Part shown: one piece after another, positions 26,565 through 36,186 of the stretch
Position numbering within the stretch: position 1 is the first letter of the stretch
How the letters are laid out: every line of letters starts with the position of its first letter
Assembly: GCA_015068655.1 (NCBI GenBank)
Contig: SVKC01000004.1
Coordinates: forward strand, 104 to 64,103
DNA: 64,000 bases
Reading direction: 5' to 3'
Source of the DNA: Oscillospiraceae bacterium
GTDB taxonomy: Bacteria; Bacillota; Clostridia; Monoglobales; Monoglobaceae
Made by a program: the position numbers and the translations under genes
Notes under the pieces: model-generated
Database searches by the model: none
The model's input: the letters and a program-made list of their open reading frames with translations, nothing else
What the model was told of the DNA's origin: nothing

Positions 26565-29492
26565 TTATCTAACCTTCATATCCTCAACACCCTTAACGAT
26601 AACAACGTCTGTAACCTTGTCTTCGTATGTTCTTACGAATACATAGTCAGCAGCGAGCTGAGCATCATCAGCATCAGCATCTGCGTAAGGTGTATCGCCG
26701 ATTGTTACGTTAACTGTAGCCTTTGTATAAAGAGCTTCATAGTACTTGAAGCTTGAAGCAGAACCCTTCTTAACGTCGAGCTTTCTGCCGTTTGCATCAA
26801 CAACGATGATGTTGTCAGCCTGTGAAAGCTTGTATTCCTTGCTATCAATTGTAGCTGTTGAAGATGTCTTTCTGTAGTTTGTAACAACACCGCCTGCGAT
26901 CTTTTCATCGCCTGTTGCTGTGTAATCCTTGCTGAATTTTACAGCGTAATCATCAAGTTCAGCATCTTCATCATACTGAGCTCTTACGTCTTCTTCGAAG
27001 TCGAATACAACGTTTACAGCTGTAGCAACGCCGTTAGCGTCAAGCTTAACCTTAACAATATCACCAGGTGTGAGGTAAGCAACTTCTACGTCTTCGCCTT
27101 CGATTTCTACAGTCTTTGTAGCAACTGCACTGTATACTTCATATGTTGTATCAGCAGCGATTGCTTCGCCGTTTACGATAGCTTCGATTGCAAGAATCTG
27201 TTCGCCATCTTCGTTTTCAGAAGTACCTACAGCTGTGATTACAGCAAGACCAGCTTTTCTGCCTGCAGCACCAGCGATAGCCTTAACAACGAGAATGTTG
27301 TTGTCTTCAGCCTTCTTGTCGCCGAAGAGAGCCATAATTTCATAGCTTTCGCCGTCAGCAAGGTCAGCTTCTGTACCGAGGTATGAATCTTCAGCTTCAT
27401 CTTCATCAACGAAGAATACATATGAGTTGGGATCGAGGTAGCACTTCTTACCTGTAACGAATCTGTTGTCTTCTGCATCATATTCAGAATCTGTAGCTTC
27501 AGCAGGTGAGTTGTTTGTTACATCATCATCTGTTGCAAGTGTTCTGATAGAAGTAATGTTGTTTGCAGAGTTCTTCTGATATTTGATAACTTCGCCCTTG
27601 ATTACAGCAGCGAGTTCTTCTTCTGTATCATAAGCATCAGCTGTGATATCAAATGTAGCACCGTTGAGCTTAGCGCCTGTAGCCTTGATGTTGAGAGCAA
27701 CAACGCCGTCAGCTGTGATCATCTGAACGATAGCTGTATCCTTGCCTGTGAGAACATCTTCATCATAAGCAACTTCTGTTACGTAAGCGTAGTTTGCAGC
27801 AACACCTGAAGCGAGAGCTGAATCTTCGTCAAATGCAGCAATCTTGCCGTACTTGTCGATGTAGAACTTACCGCCGTCACCAACTGCAATGCCATCAATG
27901 CCATAAGCACCAGCAGCTACATCATACTTTGTATCGCCTACTCTGTAAGCATAGCCTGTAGCAGATGTTGTTGACTTTGATTCAGATGTGATTGTACCGA
28001 TAACTTCATTAGAAACAACTTCAGCAAGAATGTAAGGAGCATCATCAGCAGCAGCGATGATTGAGAGAACATCCCATTCAGCGAGTTCAGCCATAGAAAT
28101 TTCTACGCCGTCTTTTGCAACGATAACGATCTTGTCTGTGTCGTCTTCATCAATTTCGAGTTCTGTAATACCTGTTGTAGCTGTAGCTTCTTTGAATGCA
28201 ACATAGCCTTCTTCAGCTTCTTCAACAACAGCTGTTTCAGCAACTTCAACAAAGATTACGTCATAACCCTTAACGTCATCATTGTCAACGAGAACGATCT
28301 TACCACCGTCAAGTGTTGCACCGTTGTTAGCAACTTCATCACCAAAGATTTCGTCTACATCAAAGCCACCAACATTGTTGTATACAACATTGTCTTCAAG
28401 TGCTCCGAGTGTAACTGCTGTAGCTGTCTTAGCTGTAGCTGTCTTGTAGTATTCGAACTTTGAACCATTGATTCTGTTGAACTGTGTGAGTTCCATTTCG
28501 AGCATATCGTTTCTTGCTGTATCAGCAACGATAGAAACGATTTCGTATTCATCATCAACTTCCTGAACGTAAGCGATTACTGACATACCGAGGTAATCAG
28601 CAGCGTCTGATTCGCCAACAAGGAATGTGTCGATAGAACCGATGTAGTCGCCGTCATTGTCTGTGGGGAAGTCCTTGTTGCTTGAATCGTATGTGTCAAC
28701 GATGTCGATAACAACAACTGCATCTTCCTCTGTATCAATGTCCTTAGCGTCATCGAGGTCTGTGAAAGGTGTTTCTTCAACGATACCACGGATTTTTACA
28801 ACGCCAAGATTTTCGCTCATAAGAGTCTTGTAATCTGTGTTGTCCTTACCGTCGTTGATCTGGTATTCAACTTCACCGTTTGTGTTCCAGCCCTTCTGTG
28901 TCATAAGGGGTGTGTCGATTGCATTAGCGAGGAGCTGTGCAATTGTACCACGGTTAGCTTCTGTACCCATTGTAGCGTTTGATACGCCTGCTGTTACGTT
29001 GTATCTCTGAGCAGCAGCCATGTAACCGCCGGGGTAACCACCATTGTACTCAGCGTATGCTGTGTAACCAAGTGTAGCCATTACCATCTTTACAGCCTGT
29101 TCAAAAAGAACGTTGTCTTCGGGACCGAAGTTGCCGTCACCGTAGCCGTTGATGATACCCATGCTTGCAGCACTTGCAACGTAACCTGAAGCCCAGTGGC
29201 TAGCGGGAACGTCAACAAAGTTTGTGTTTGCATTTGCACCGGCTGTGTCACCAAAGCCCTGAATTCTTGAAACAAGTGCAGCCATTTCTGCTCTTGTTAC
29301 GCCATCTTCAGGCTTGTATGTGCCGTCTTCGTAACCTGTAACAATACCAAGTTTGTTGAGTGTTTCAACTGCTTCAAAATATGCACTATCTTCTGCAACG
29401 TCACTGTATGTTGCACCGAAAGCAACTGTTGTGAGCATCATAGCGATAACGCAGATAGAAGCAATCACTTTTTTGAGATTATACATTCTCAA
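26565..29492 (-). CDS. S-layer protein with N-terminal SLH domains
   Basis: 975 aa with a signal peptide (VIASICVIAMMLTTVAFGA). SLH repeats include YSDVAEDSAYFEAVETLNKLGIVTGYEDGTYKPEDGVTRAEMA and FVDVPASHWASGYVASAASMGIINGYGDGNFGPED. Acidic A/D/E/T/V-rich body. AAGGAGG RBS, strong terminator and three consensus promoters. Confidence 0.85.
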   Translation of the reverse strand: MRMYNLKKVIASICVIAMMLTTVAFGATYSDVAEDSAYFEAVETLNKLGIVTGYEDGTYKPEDGVTRAEMAALVSRIQGFGDTAGANANTNFVDVPASHWASGYVASAASMGIINGYGDGNFGPEDNVLFEQAVKMVMATLGYTAYAEYNGGYPGGYMAAAQRYNVTAGVSNATMGTEANRGTIAQLLANAIDTPLMTQKGWNTNGEVEYQINDGKDNTDYKTLMSENLGVVKIRGIVEETPFTDLDDAKDIDTEEDAVVVIDIVDTYDSSNKDFPTDNDGDYIGSIDTFLVGESDAADYLGMSVIAYVQEVDDEYEIVSIVADTARNDMLEMELTQFNRINGSKFEYYKTATAKTATAVTLGALEDNVVYNNVGGFDVDEIFGDEVANNGATLDGGKIVLVDNDDVKGYDVIFVEVAETAVVEEAEEGYVAFKEATATTGITELEIDEDDTDKIVIVAKDGVEISMAELAEWDVLSIIAAADDAPYILAEVVSNEVIGTITSESKSTTSATGYAYRVGDTKYDVAAGAYGIDGIAVGDGGKFYIDKYGKIAAFDEDSALASGVAANYAYVTEVAYDEDVLTGKDTAIVQMITADGVVALNIKATGAKLNGATFDITADAYDTEEELAAVIKGEVIKYQKNSANNITSIRTLATDDDVTNNSPAEATDSEYDAEDNRFVTGKKCYLDPNSYVFFVDEDEAEDSYLGTEADLADGESYEIMALFGDKKAEDNNILVVKAIAGAAGRKAGLAVITAVGTSENEDGEQILAIEAIVNGEAIAADTTYEVYSAVATKTVEIEGEDVEVAYLTPGDIVKVKLDANGVATAVNVVFDFEEDVRAQYDEDAELDDYAVKFSKDYTATGDEKIAGGVVTNYRKTSSTATIDSKEYKLSQADNIIVVDANGRKLDVKKGSASSFKYYEALYTKATVNVTIGDTPYADADADDAQLAADYVFVRTYEDKVTDVVIVKGVEDMKVR

Positions 29493-29623
29493 ATCCTCCT
29501 TATAAATATAAAATTTTTAATTTTTTTCAAAGTTATTGAAAAAATCTCGCAAAGCCCGTTGGGGAAGCCCTGCTTTTATGTTAATCAGGATAGAAAAATA
29601 CACTATCCCCATTAACTACGTTG

Positions 29624-29653
29624 ATTATATCACCAAATCACCGTGAATGTCAA
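29624..29653 (-). promoter_or_regulatory. S-layer promoter P1 (sigma-A type, extended -10)
   Basis: Minus strand: TTGACA-N18-TATAAT with TG at -15/-14 (GGTGATATAAT). About 125 nt upstream of the ATG. Confidence 0.7.
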
Positions 29654-29676
29654 CCCGAATTCAAAAATGTAACATT

Positions 29677-29706
29677 ATTGTAACACATTTTCAATTCTTT
29701 TGTCAA
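29677..29706 (-). promoter_or_regulatory. S-layer promoter P2
   Basis: Minus strand: TTGACA-N18-TACAAT. Confidence 0.6.
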
Positions 29707-29791
29707 AATCGGCATTTCAGCGAGCAAATAAGATGTTTTTCATCCCTTCATCAACTACATATTGACGAAAAATCACCATATTACGACATAT

Positions 29792-29820
29792 ATTGTAATA
29801 CTCTTTGCAAAATCTGTCAA
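29792..29820 (-). promoter_or_regulatory. S-layer promoter P3
   Basis: Minus strand: TTGACA-N17-TACAAT. About 290 nt upstream of the ATG. Confidence 0.6.
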
Positions 29821-29919
29821 GTGTTTTTTGGAAATTTTAAGAACTTTTGAAAAAATTTTTATTTCTGCTGTCTTTCATTGTGTAATTTGTTCAAAAAAGG
29901 CTTTGTTTTGTCTCATAAT

Positions 29920-31245
29920 CTACTTCTCTTTCAGCTCATTTGCAATTCTTTCAATCTCCTCAAAGCTTCTTTCCGCATATCGTTCCGCTTTTTCACGCTT
30001 GTCCTTTATTCTCACACCCAAATCCTCAAAGATTCCAAAATTCACATTCATAGGCTGAAAATCCATAACCGCAGGATTGGACACATATTTTGACAGTGCA
30101 CCCAAAGCTGTTCGTGCAGATATTTCAGGTGCGGTCTTTTCAAGGATTGTACATCCGGCACAGATACCTGCCCAAAGCCCCGAGGATGCCGATTCGATAT
30201 ATCCCTCAACCCCCGTAATCTGTCCCGCAAAGAAAACCTTCGGGAATTCCTTCATATTATATTTGTCGGTCAGAAGTCCGGGAGAATTTATATAGGTATT
30301 CCGATGCATAACACCATAGCGTACAAACTCGGCATTTTCAAGTCCCGGAATCATTCCGAAAACTCTTTTTTGTTCGCCGAATTTCAGGTGTGTCTGAAAA
30401 CCTACTATATTATACATACTTCCCGCTCCGTTGTCCTGTCTCAGCTGAACCACAGCATAAGGACGACTTTCGTCGTGGGGATTTGTGAGACCTACAGGCT
30501 TCAACGGACCATAACGCATTGTGTCCACACCTCTTGCTGCCATTATTTCAATGGGCATACAGCCTTCAAACACCTTTGGATTTTCCACTCCTTCGTGAAC
30601 CTGTGCCGCTTCGGCATTCACAAGTTCTTCCCTAAAGGCAAGGTACTCCTCCTTGTTCATAGGACAGTTGATATAATCATCCCCGCCCTTTCCATAACGT
30701 GCCGCCTTGAAGGCTTTCTCCATATTTATACTTTCAAAGGTCACAATGGGTGCTGCCGCATCAAAAAAGTGTAGTCCCTCATTCTTTGTCAGTCTTGCAA
30801 TACTTTCGGATATGGCATCGGATGCAAGAGGACCTGCGGCTATAACAGTATATTCATCGGTATTGATTTCTGCCGCTTCCTCTTGAATAACAGAAATATT
30901 TGGATGATTCTTTATTTTTTCGGTTACTGCCTGAGAAAAAGCAGCTCTGTCAACCGCCAAAGCTCCGCCGGCAGGAACCTTTGCAGCATCAGCACACTCC
31001 ATAATAAGAGACCCGAGCCTTCGCATTTCTTCTTTCAAAAGTCCCACAGCGTTATAAATCCCGTCCGCACGAAAGGAGTTGCTGCAAACAAGCTCCGCAA
31101 AGTCCGGACTTTTGTGAGCGGGTGAAAACTTTTTTGGCTTCATTTCAAAAAGCTCAACCTGAATCCCCATATTCGCAAGCTGCCAAGCCGCCTCACAGCC
31201 CGCAAGACCCGCACCTATAACCTTTATTTTCTTTATCTCATTCAT
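29920..31245 (-). CDS. trmFO: methylenetetrahydrofolate--tRNA-(uracil54-C5)-methyltransferase TrmFO
   Basis: FAD-binding N-terminus [31 protein letters not shown] and full-length Gid/TrmFO-like sequence. The ORF-track start is 31290. ATG at 31245 ([13 protein letters not shown]) follows AAAGGAA. Confidence 0.9.
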   Translation of the reverse strand: MNEIKKIKVIGAGLAGCEAAWQLANMGIQVELFEMKPKKFSPAHKSPDFAELVCSNSFRADGIYNAVGLLKEEMRRLGSLIMECADAAKVPAGGALAVDRAAFSQAVTEKIKNHPNISVIQEEAAEINTDEYTVIAAGPLASDAISESIARLTKNEGLHFFDAAAPIVTFESINMEKAFKAARYGKGGDDYINCPMNKEEYLAFREELVNAEAAQVHEGVENPKVFEGCMPIEIMAARGVDTMRYGPLKPVGLTNPHDESRPYAVVQLRQDNGAGSMYNIVGFQTHLKFGEQKRVFGMIPGLENAEFVRYGVMHRNTYINSPGLLTDKYNMKEFPKVFFAGQITGVEGYIESASSGLWAGICAGCTILEKTAPEISARTALGALSKYVSNPAVMDFQPMNVNFGIFEDLGVRIKDKREKAERYAERSFEEIERIANELKEK

Positions 31246-31310
31246 AAAAAACATTCCTTTCGGATTTTTTCCTGAACAAGTATAACACATATACAGCGAT
31301 TTGACAAGAC

Positions 31311-32219
31311 TTATACCGTCATTGCACCAACAAGAACAGGCAAAGTTTCCTTATATATAATAGGAAAGGATTCAGTGGGAAGTGGATTTCTGCCCTCGCC
31401 CACCTCAATGGTGTACCCCGGACGCCCCATTTTTTCCACAAACCAATCCTTGTAACCACCGACAGATGCAATACCTTCTTCACGTTCCAGCCGATAAGGT
31501 GATATTTTTTCGAAGGCTCTTGCAATTTTCAAAGACAGAGGCGGTTCTTTCCCCTGAAAGCCCTGATAAATAACCTTCCCTTGACTATGAAAGGCTATTG
31601 CAAGTTCAAAATCCTTTTCGATAGTGAAGTCCGCAAGAGCTTTGCTTTCAGGCTCAGAAAAGGGTGCTGTCCCCGAAAACCTTGTTGCCCCCGGACCATA
31701 TATGCCGTACTCTGTTTCCAGAGCCTTTGACCGTTCCCACAGAGCATCATAATTATGATTCAAATCCACCCCTGCCGCATTTGCCTGCCACCGTCCGAAA
31801 TTCGAAGAGCCATTGCAGCTTTCCAAAAACTTTCTTTCTTTATCACCGACCCACAATGGTATTCGGCCCGTCGCTGAAAGCTCCACCCCGTCAGGGTTCA
31901 CCATTGGTATTATATATAATGAAGTTTTTTCACTCAATGCTTCGACAGAAAAGCCCCCAAGGCTTCCCCTTTGTTCCTCTGCCGAAAGATAATCTCCCGC
32001 AAATTTCATCAAAAGCACGGAAGTTATCCATTCCATACCGTGATGAGCACCGTTGTAAGATATTTTCTTTTTCCCGTGTCCAAGCCTTATGTAAAACAAC
32101 TCCCTGCCCCAACGGGATTTTCCTATACTTCCCCATTCCACGCCCCCATAATCCGCCGCAAGCTTTCTTAAATCAGCTTCCAAAAATTCGTATGTATATG
32201 GCTTTTCTTTCTTTTTCAC
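31311..32219 (-). CDS. M14-family zinc carboxypeptidase/gamma-D-glutamyl-diamino-acid endopeptidase-like protein
   Basis: HxxE zinc motif (AHHGMEW), NPDG and a distal His (AFHSQG). GTG start after GGAGGTG. No signal peptide. Confidence 0.75.
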   Translation of the reverse strand: MKKKEKPYTYEFLEADLRKLAADYGGVEWGSIGKSRWGRELFYIRLGHGKKKISYNGAHHGMEWITSVLLMKFAGDYLSAEEQRGSLGGFSVEALSEKTSLYIIPMVNPDGVELSATGRIPLWVGDKERKFLESCNGSSNFGRWQANAAGVDLNHNYDALWERSKALETEYGIYGPGATRFSGTAPFSEPESKALADFTIEKDFELAIAFHSQGKVIYQGFQGKEPPLSLKIARAFEKISPYRLEREEGIASVGGYKDWFVEKMGRPGYTIEVGEGRNPLPTESFPIIYKETLPVLVGAMTV

Positions 32220-32271
32220 AATAACACCTCCGACTTTAATTATATGAGAGCTTTTTCAAAACTATTCCGTC

Positions 32272-32300
32272 TTGATTTTTGAAGGCGGTAGTGGTATACT
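32272..32300 (+). promoter_or_regulatory. sigma-A promoter of the fumarase alpha gene
   Basis: TTGATT-N17-TATACT, about 30 nt upstream of the GGGAGG RBS. Confidence 0.6.
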
Positions 32301-32329
32301 TTTTAAAAAGGTATCGGGAGGAAAAATTT

Positions 32330-33172
32330 ATGCGAGAAATAAATGCAAATGAAATTACGGAGCTTGTTGCCCGTATGTGTATAGATGCCAACTGTTATCT
32401 CAACGAGGATATCGAAGAGGCTCTCAAAAGCGGTATGGATTCCGAAACAAATCCCACAGCATCCGAAATTCTTTCGGATATACTGAAGAATGCTCATATT
32501 GCACGCCGTGACGAAGTGCCTATATGTCAGGATACGGGTATGGCAGTTTTCTTTCTGGAGCTGGGTCAGGAGGTACACATTGTGGGCGGCGGACTTTGTG
32601 ATGCAATAAACGAAGGTGTCCGAAAAGGCTATTGTGAGGGTTATCTCCGAAAGTCGGTGGTTGCCGACCCCATCCGTCGTGGTAATACGGGCGACAATAC
32701 TCCTGCGGTTATTCATACCGAAATTGTTGACGGAGATGTGTTCAGGATTACCATTGCACCAAAGGGCTTCGGAAGTGAAAATATGAGTGCCGTAAAAATG
32801 CTCAAGCCCTCGGACGGGCTCGAAGGAGTTTTGAGCTTTGTGGTTGATACTGTGAAATCTGCATCAGGAAACCCCTGTCCGCCTATTGTTGTTGGCGTCG
32901 GAATCGGGGGTACAATGGAAAAAGCGGCTATCCTTTCGAAGAAGGCACTTCTCCGCGACATCAGAGAAAGTCACTCTGACAGTTACTATGCAGATATCGA
33001 AAAAGAGCTTCTCACAAGAATAAACGAGCTGGATGTAGGTCCTCAAGGCTACGGTGGAAAAACCACAGCACTCGGTGTAAATATCGAAACCTTTCCCACC
33101 CACATTGCCGGACTTCCCGTAGCGGTGAACATAAGCTGTCACGTTACAAGACATTTGACAAAAGAGCTATAA
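32330..33172 (+). CDS. class I Fe-S hydro-lyase alpha subunit (fumarate hydratase/tartrate dehydratase alpha type)
   Basis: 280 aa from ATG 32330 (GGGAGG RBS). Motifs ICQDTGMAVFF, APKGFGSENMS, PPIVVGVGIGGT and LPVAVNISCH are typical of the Fumerase N-terminal family. The ORF-track start at 32279 lacks an RBS. Confidence 0.85.
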   Translation: MREINANEITELVARMCIDANCYLNEDIEEALKSGMDSETNPTASEILSDILKNAHIARRDEVPICQDTGMAVFFLELGQEVHIVGGGLCDAINEGVRKGYCEGYLRKSVVADPIRRGNTGDNTPAVIHTEIVDGDVFRITIAPKGFGSENMSAVKMLKPSDGLEGVLSFVVDTVKSASGNPCPPIVVGVGIGGTMEKAAILSKKALLRDIRESHSDSYYADIEKELLTRINELDVGPQGYGGKTTALGVNIETFPTHIAGLPVAVNISCHVTRHLTKEL

Positions 33173-33180
33173 TACGTCAA

Positions 33181-33320
33181 AATGGGCTGTATCAAAATGA
33201 ATTTTTCGGGACGGATGGAACCCGTCCCCTACATATATTGTACACACGTTTTTGTGATTTAATTTGTAGGGTTCGGTTTCCACGCCGAACCGATTTTTTT
33301 TCATTTTGATACAGCCCATT
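33181..33320. repeat. MITE-like structured repeat element, copy 1 (140 bp, perfect 20-bp terminal inverted repeats)
   Basis: The left TIR AATGGGCTGTATCAAAATGA (33181-33200) is the exact reverse complement of TCATTTTGATACAGCCCATT (33301-33320). Internal hairpins are GGGACGG-N6-CCCGTCCC and GGTTCGG-N8-CCGAACC followed by a T-run. It fills the gap between convergent genes. Confidence 0.85.
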
Positions 33321-33323
33321 GTT

Positions 33324-34529
33324 TCATTTCAAGGTATTCAAAAAACCCGCAATCTCTTTTGCGGCAAACTGTGCACCACTCACCGCTTCCGATAAAGTGT
33401 TGCCGCTGCTTCCCACCTCGATTATCAAACTACCATAAGTCAGATGCCCGTTGAACCGCTCTTTTCTCAGGTTCACTCCTCGCATAAGCTTGGGGTATTT
33501 TTCGCATATTTTTTTCTGGAGCTTCAATGCAAGCTTCATATTTTCACGCCACTCAGGATGTTCAAGCCCACCGCCATTTGTTCCCACAACAAGCATAAGC
33601 TGAGCCGCCTTAACACCATTCACCTCGGTGGCAAACTTAGCCTTGCTCCCGTCATCGTATATAAAGGCGTCTCGGTGAACATCCAGAACCATACATATAT
33701 TCGGATATTTTCTCAAATACCCTTCCACAGTCTTCCGTGAATTCTCATATGAACCGTTGAAGTCAGGGTGATCGTGAAGAGTTGTGTCATGAATTACAGC
33801 TATTCCATTTTCTTCAAGTACCGCCTTTATGGCCGTGCCTACCTTTACGACATTTTTTTCTTTGTCAAGTGTGCGGTCACTCTTGTCCGTTTCATAGGTC
33901 GATGCCCCCTCCGGCGAATAACTCTCTGTTCCGTGAGTATGTACAATCAGAACCTTCGGTGTATCACCCTTCATATCAAACTTCAAGGGTTCGTTCAACA
34001 TTTCGTCAATATTTATGCTGAAACTCGTTTCGTTTCGTATGGTAATTTTGCTCGTACCGCCTGACTGTGCGGAATCAACCTCTTTTATGGGATAACTCTC
34101 TCCCACAGGTGTTTCAGGTTCTGCCATTCCTTCGCCCATATCTGCATTCTGCGGATTGTAAGCCGCCAAAGCCGCCTGATTTGCAGTTCTCGCAAGGTAT
34201 CCCTCACTTACGGCACGAACAATGGGAATTTCGCCAAAAATTGATGTTCTGCCATCCCACGGGTCAAAGGTCAGCACAAAGCATATTGCCTTTTTCAAGC
34301 TTCGTACCGCACTCCCCCAAAACACACCTTCGCGTGTTCCATAAAGTCCAGGAATGCTCTCCCCCACAATTTTCCGACCATCCATCATCCGTTTCCCCAG
34401 TTCACCATTCGGGTCTGCAATTCTTATGTTTATCCCAACCATTGCCGTCACAAGGACAGCAATTCCAAAGGCGGTTGCTCGTCTTACTATTTTTTTGCCA
34501 TCAACAACAATCGCTCTGTAACGTTTCAT
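33324..34529 (-). CDS. spoIIP: stage II sporulation protein P (SpoIIP)
   Basis: N-terminal TM segment (GIAVLVTAMVGINI). The SpoIIP hallmark VLIVHTHGTESY and overall length fit. Confidence 0.8.
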   Translation of the reverse strand: MKRYRAIVVDGKKIVRRATAFGIAVLVTAMVGINIRIADPNGELGKRMMDGRKIVGESIPGLYGTREGVFWGSAVRSLKKAICFVLTFDPWDGRTSIFGEIPIVRAVSEGYLARTANQAALAAYNPQNADMGEGMAEPETPVGESYPIKEVDSAQSGGTSKITIRNETSFSINIDEMLNEPLKFDMKGDTPKVLIVHTHGTESYSPEGASTYETDKSDRTLDKEKNVVKVGTAIKAVLEENGIAVIHDTTLHDHPDFNGSYENSRKTVEGYLRKYPNICMVLDVHRDAFIYDDGSKAKFATEVNGVKAAQLMLVVGTNGGGLEHPEWRENMKLALKLQKKICEKYPKLMRGVNLRKERFNGHLTYGSLIIEVGSSGNTLSEAVSGAQFAAKEIAGFLNTLK

Positions 34530-34563
34530 TTCTACAACCCTTTCTCCCTTTGTAAATCATTTA

Positions 34564-34591
34564 AGTATATGAAAAAAGAGTGCAGAATATG
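34564..34591 (-). promoter_or_regulatory. sigma-E-like sporulation promoter upstream of spoIIP
   Basis: Minus strand: CATATT-N14-CATATACT, compared with the B. subtilis SigE consensus (ATATT ... CATACA-T). It ends ~35 nt upstream of the ATG. Confidence 0.45.
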
Positions 34592-34592
34592 C

Positions 34593-34623
34593 CAAAAGGG
34601 ATATTGCTTAAAGCAACACCCCT
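34593..34623 (-). terminator. rho-independent terminator after the TIM-barrel gene
   Basis: Minus strand: GGGGTGTTGCTT-T-AAGCAATATCCC (with G-U pairs) followed by TTTT. Confidence 0.6.
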
Positions 34624-34630
34624 CTTATTT

Positions 34631-35467
34631 TTATGCTTCGCATTTTGCTTGTTCAATCATTGTTGCAAGTCTTCTTGCACTTTCGCCCGCGTGACGGTAA
34701 TACTGTTCCGGCGAAAAACCTTCATATCGGTTGCTTTCGGATTTGAACACCTCCAACATAACCGTTCCACCAAAGGAATATTTCGCAAGAGTTTCTGCAA
34801 CGGTGTTATAATTTGTTATTCCATCGAATGGAATCAAATGCTCGTCTCCGTCGGGCAAATGATGATTGTCGTGAAGGTGAACCGCCGCAAGCCTGTTTCC
34901 GAAAAGCTCCATAAACCTTATGCCCCGGGTAAAACATCCCTCGTGTCCTACATCCCAGCAAAACGCCGCTTCGGGATACTGTTCCATTATGGATGCAATA
35001 TTAGCAATAAACCTCTGATTTTCAAAGGCAATAGTAATATTTTTCCGTTGCGCAGTTTCCATAAGAACGGAAAACCGTCTGTTTCCAATGTCATTTATAA
35101 CCGGCGCCGGCTTTCCGGAAGAAAGGTGGCAAACCGCCACGGGAATATCATAACTTGCACACCGCTCAATGCAATCCGTAAGAGTTTTCAGCATATCATC
35201 CCCGTCAATGCCGTCTCTCCACATTGAATTTATTCCGTTGAAGGGTGCGTGCAAGGTATCAAAGGCAATGCCTGCACGTTTCACCTTGTCCACCATCCCC
35301 CCCGAAAGCTGCGGGTGGTCAGCCATAATAAATGTATGCTCAAATCCGTTTTCTTTCATAAGCTCAATCTGTCGTTCAACATCAGGAGTGTTGTCTCCGC
35401 TGTAACAAAACAGATTTATTCCAATCTCCAAGTTCTTCACCTTCCGTCGTTTTTCTTTCAATACCAT
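34631..35467 (-). CDS. sugar phosphate isomerase/epimerase (xylose-isomerase-like TIM barrel)
   Basis: Motifs LHAPF, VCHLSSG, AFEN, CWDVGHE and VHLHDN. The real start may be TTG at 35431 (MEIGINLF...), 6 nt after GGAAGGTG. Confidence 0.8.
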   Translation of the reverse strand: MVLKEKRRKVKNLEIGINLFCYSGDNTPDVERQIELMKENGFEHTFIMADHPQLSGGMVDKVKRAGIAFDTLHAPFNGINSMWRDGIDGDDMLKTLTDCIERCASYDIPVAVCHLSSGKPAPVINDIGNRRFSVLMETAQRKNITIAFENQRFIANIASIMEQYPEAAFCWDVGHEGCFTRGIRFMELFGNRLAAVHLHDNHHLPDGDEHLIPFDGITNYNTVAETLAKYSFGGTVMLEVFKSESNRYEGFSPEQYYRHAGESARRLATMIEQAKCEA

Positions 35468-35479
35468 TGTACAGGATTA

Positions 35480-36163
35480 TCAGACTTTTTTCAAGTCTTT
35501 TTCCCATTTCAAAAGAATAAGAATACCGTTTATCAAATATACCAGCCACATAATGAGCGTAGCAATATTTTCCGCACCCGTGCTGAAGCTGCACCACCAC
35601 ATATAAACACTAAGCAAGTTGACCGCCAGCCATATCCACCATTGCTCGGCATATCTTTTCACCGAGACAATCATCGCAATTACCGATGATACAGTAGTAA
35701 AGCTGTCCACAAATGGCATAGCATCCCCTAACTCCTTTAGAACAAGGGCGAAAGCAACTGTGGATATTCCGATGGTCGCCGCAAGCATCAGTCTGCCCCA
35801 TACAGACATTCGTCTCTTTTTCACCTCAAAGGTATCTGTGTCCATATTTTTCTTCCATGCAAAAAAGCCCACAAACATCATAGGTACATAATATAGCCCG
35901 TTCAGAATTGTCTCTCCGTAAAGCTTTGCATCAAAGGAAATAAGTGCATACAACACGCTGTTCACAAGACCGAAAAAGTACGCCGACAGTTTGCCCTTGC
36001 CCGCAAGAATGGTGTAAAGCACCCCTGTCACAGCAGAGATTATTCCCCAGACAGTGTCATTCCAGTATATAGACAAGCCCCATATAACACTGCATGCAAA
36101 AACCGTCCATATGACCTCGCCTGCCGTCCAGCCTGACAATTCATTTTTCAAGAATCTACCCAT
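35480..36163 (-). CDS. pnuC: nicotinamide riboside transporter PnuC family
   Basis: 227 aa with seven hydrophobic segments. PnuC-like sequence (TGVLYTILAGKGKLSAYFFGLVNSVLYALISF..., W-rich C-terminus). AAGGAGGTG RBS. Confidence 0.8.
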   Translation of the reverse strand: MGRFLKNELSGWTAGEVIWTVFACSVIWGLSIYWNDTVWGIISAVTGVLYTILAGKGKLSAYFFGLVNSVLYALISFDAKLYGETILNGLYYVPMMFVGFFAWKKNMDTDTFEVKKRRMSVWGRLMLAATIGISTVAFALVLKELGDAMPFVDSFTTVSSVIAMIVSVKRYAEQWWIWLAVNLLSVYMWWCSFSTGAENIATLIMWLVYLINGILILLKWEKDLKKV

Positions 36164-36186
36164 TATGCACCTCCTTGTGTATCAAA

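Noticed and set aside
26292-26756. 154-aa plus-strand ORF, and the 112-aa minus ORF 25773..26111
   Set aside because: The first is assembled from REP-like hairpin units, runs through the S-layer terminator and continues antisense into the S-layer gene. The second spans the permease start and its promoter region. Neither has an RBS or coding-like composition.
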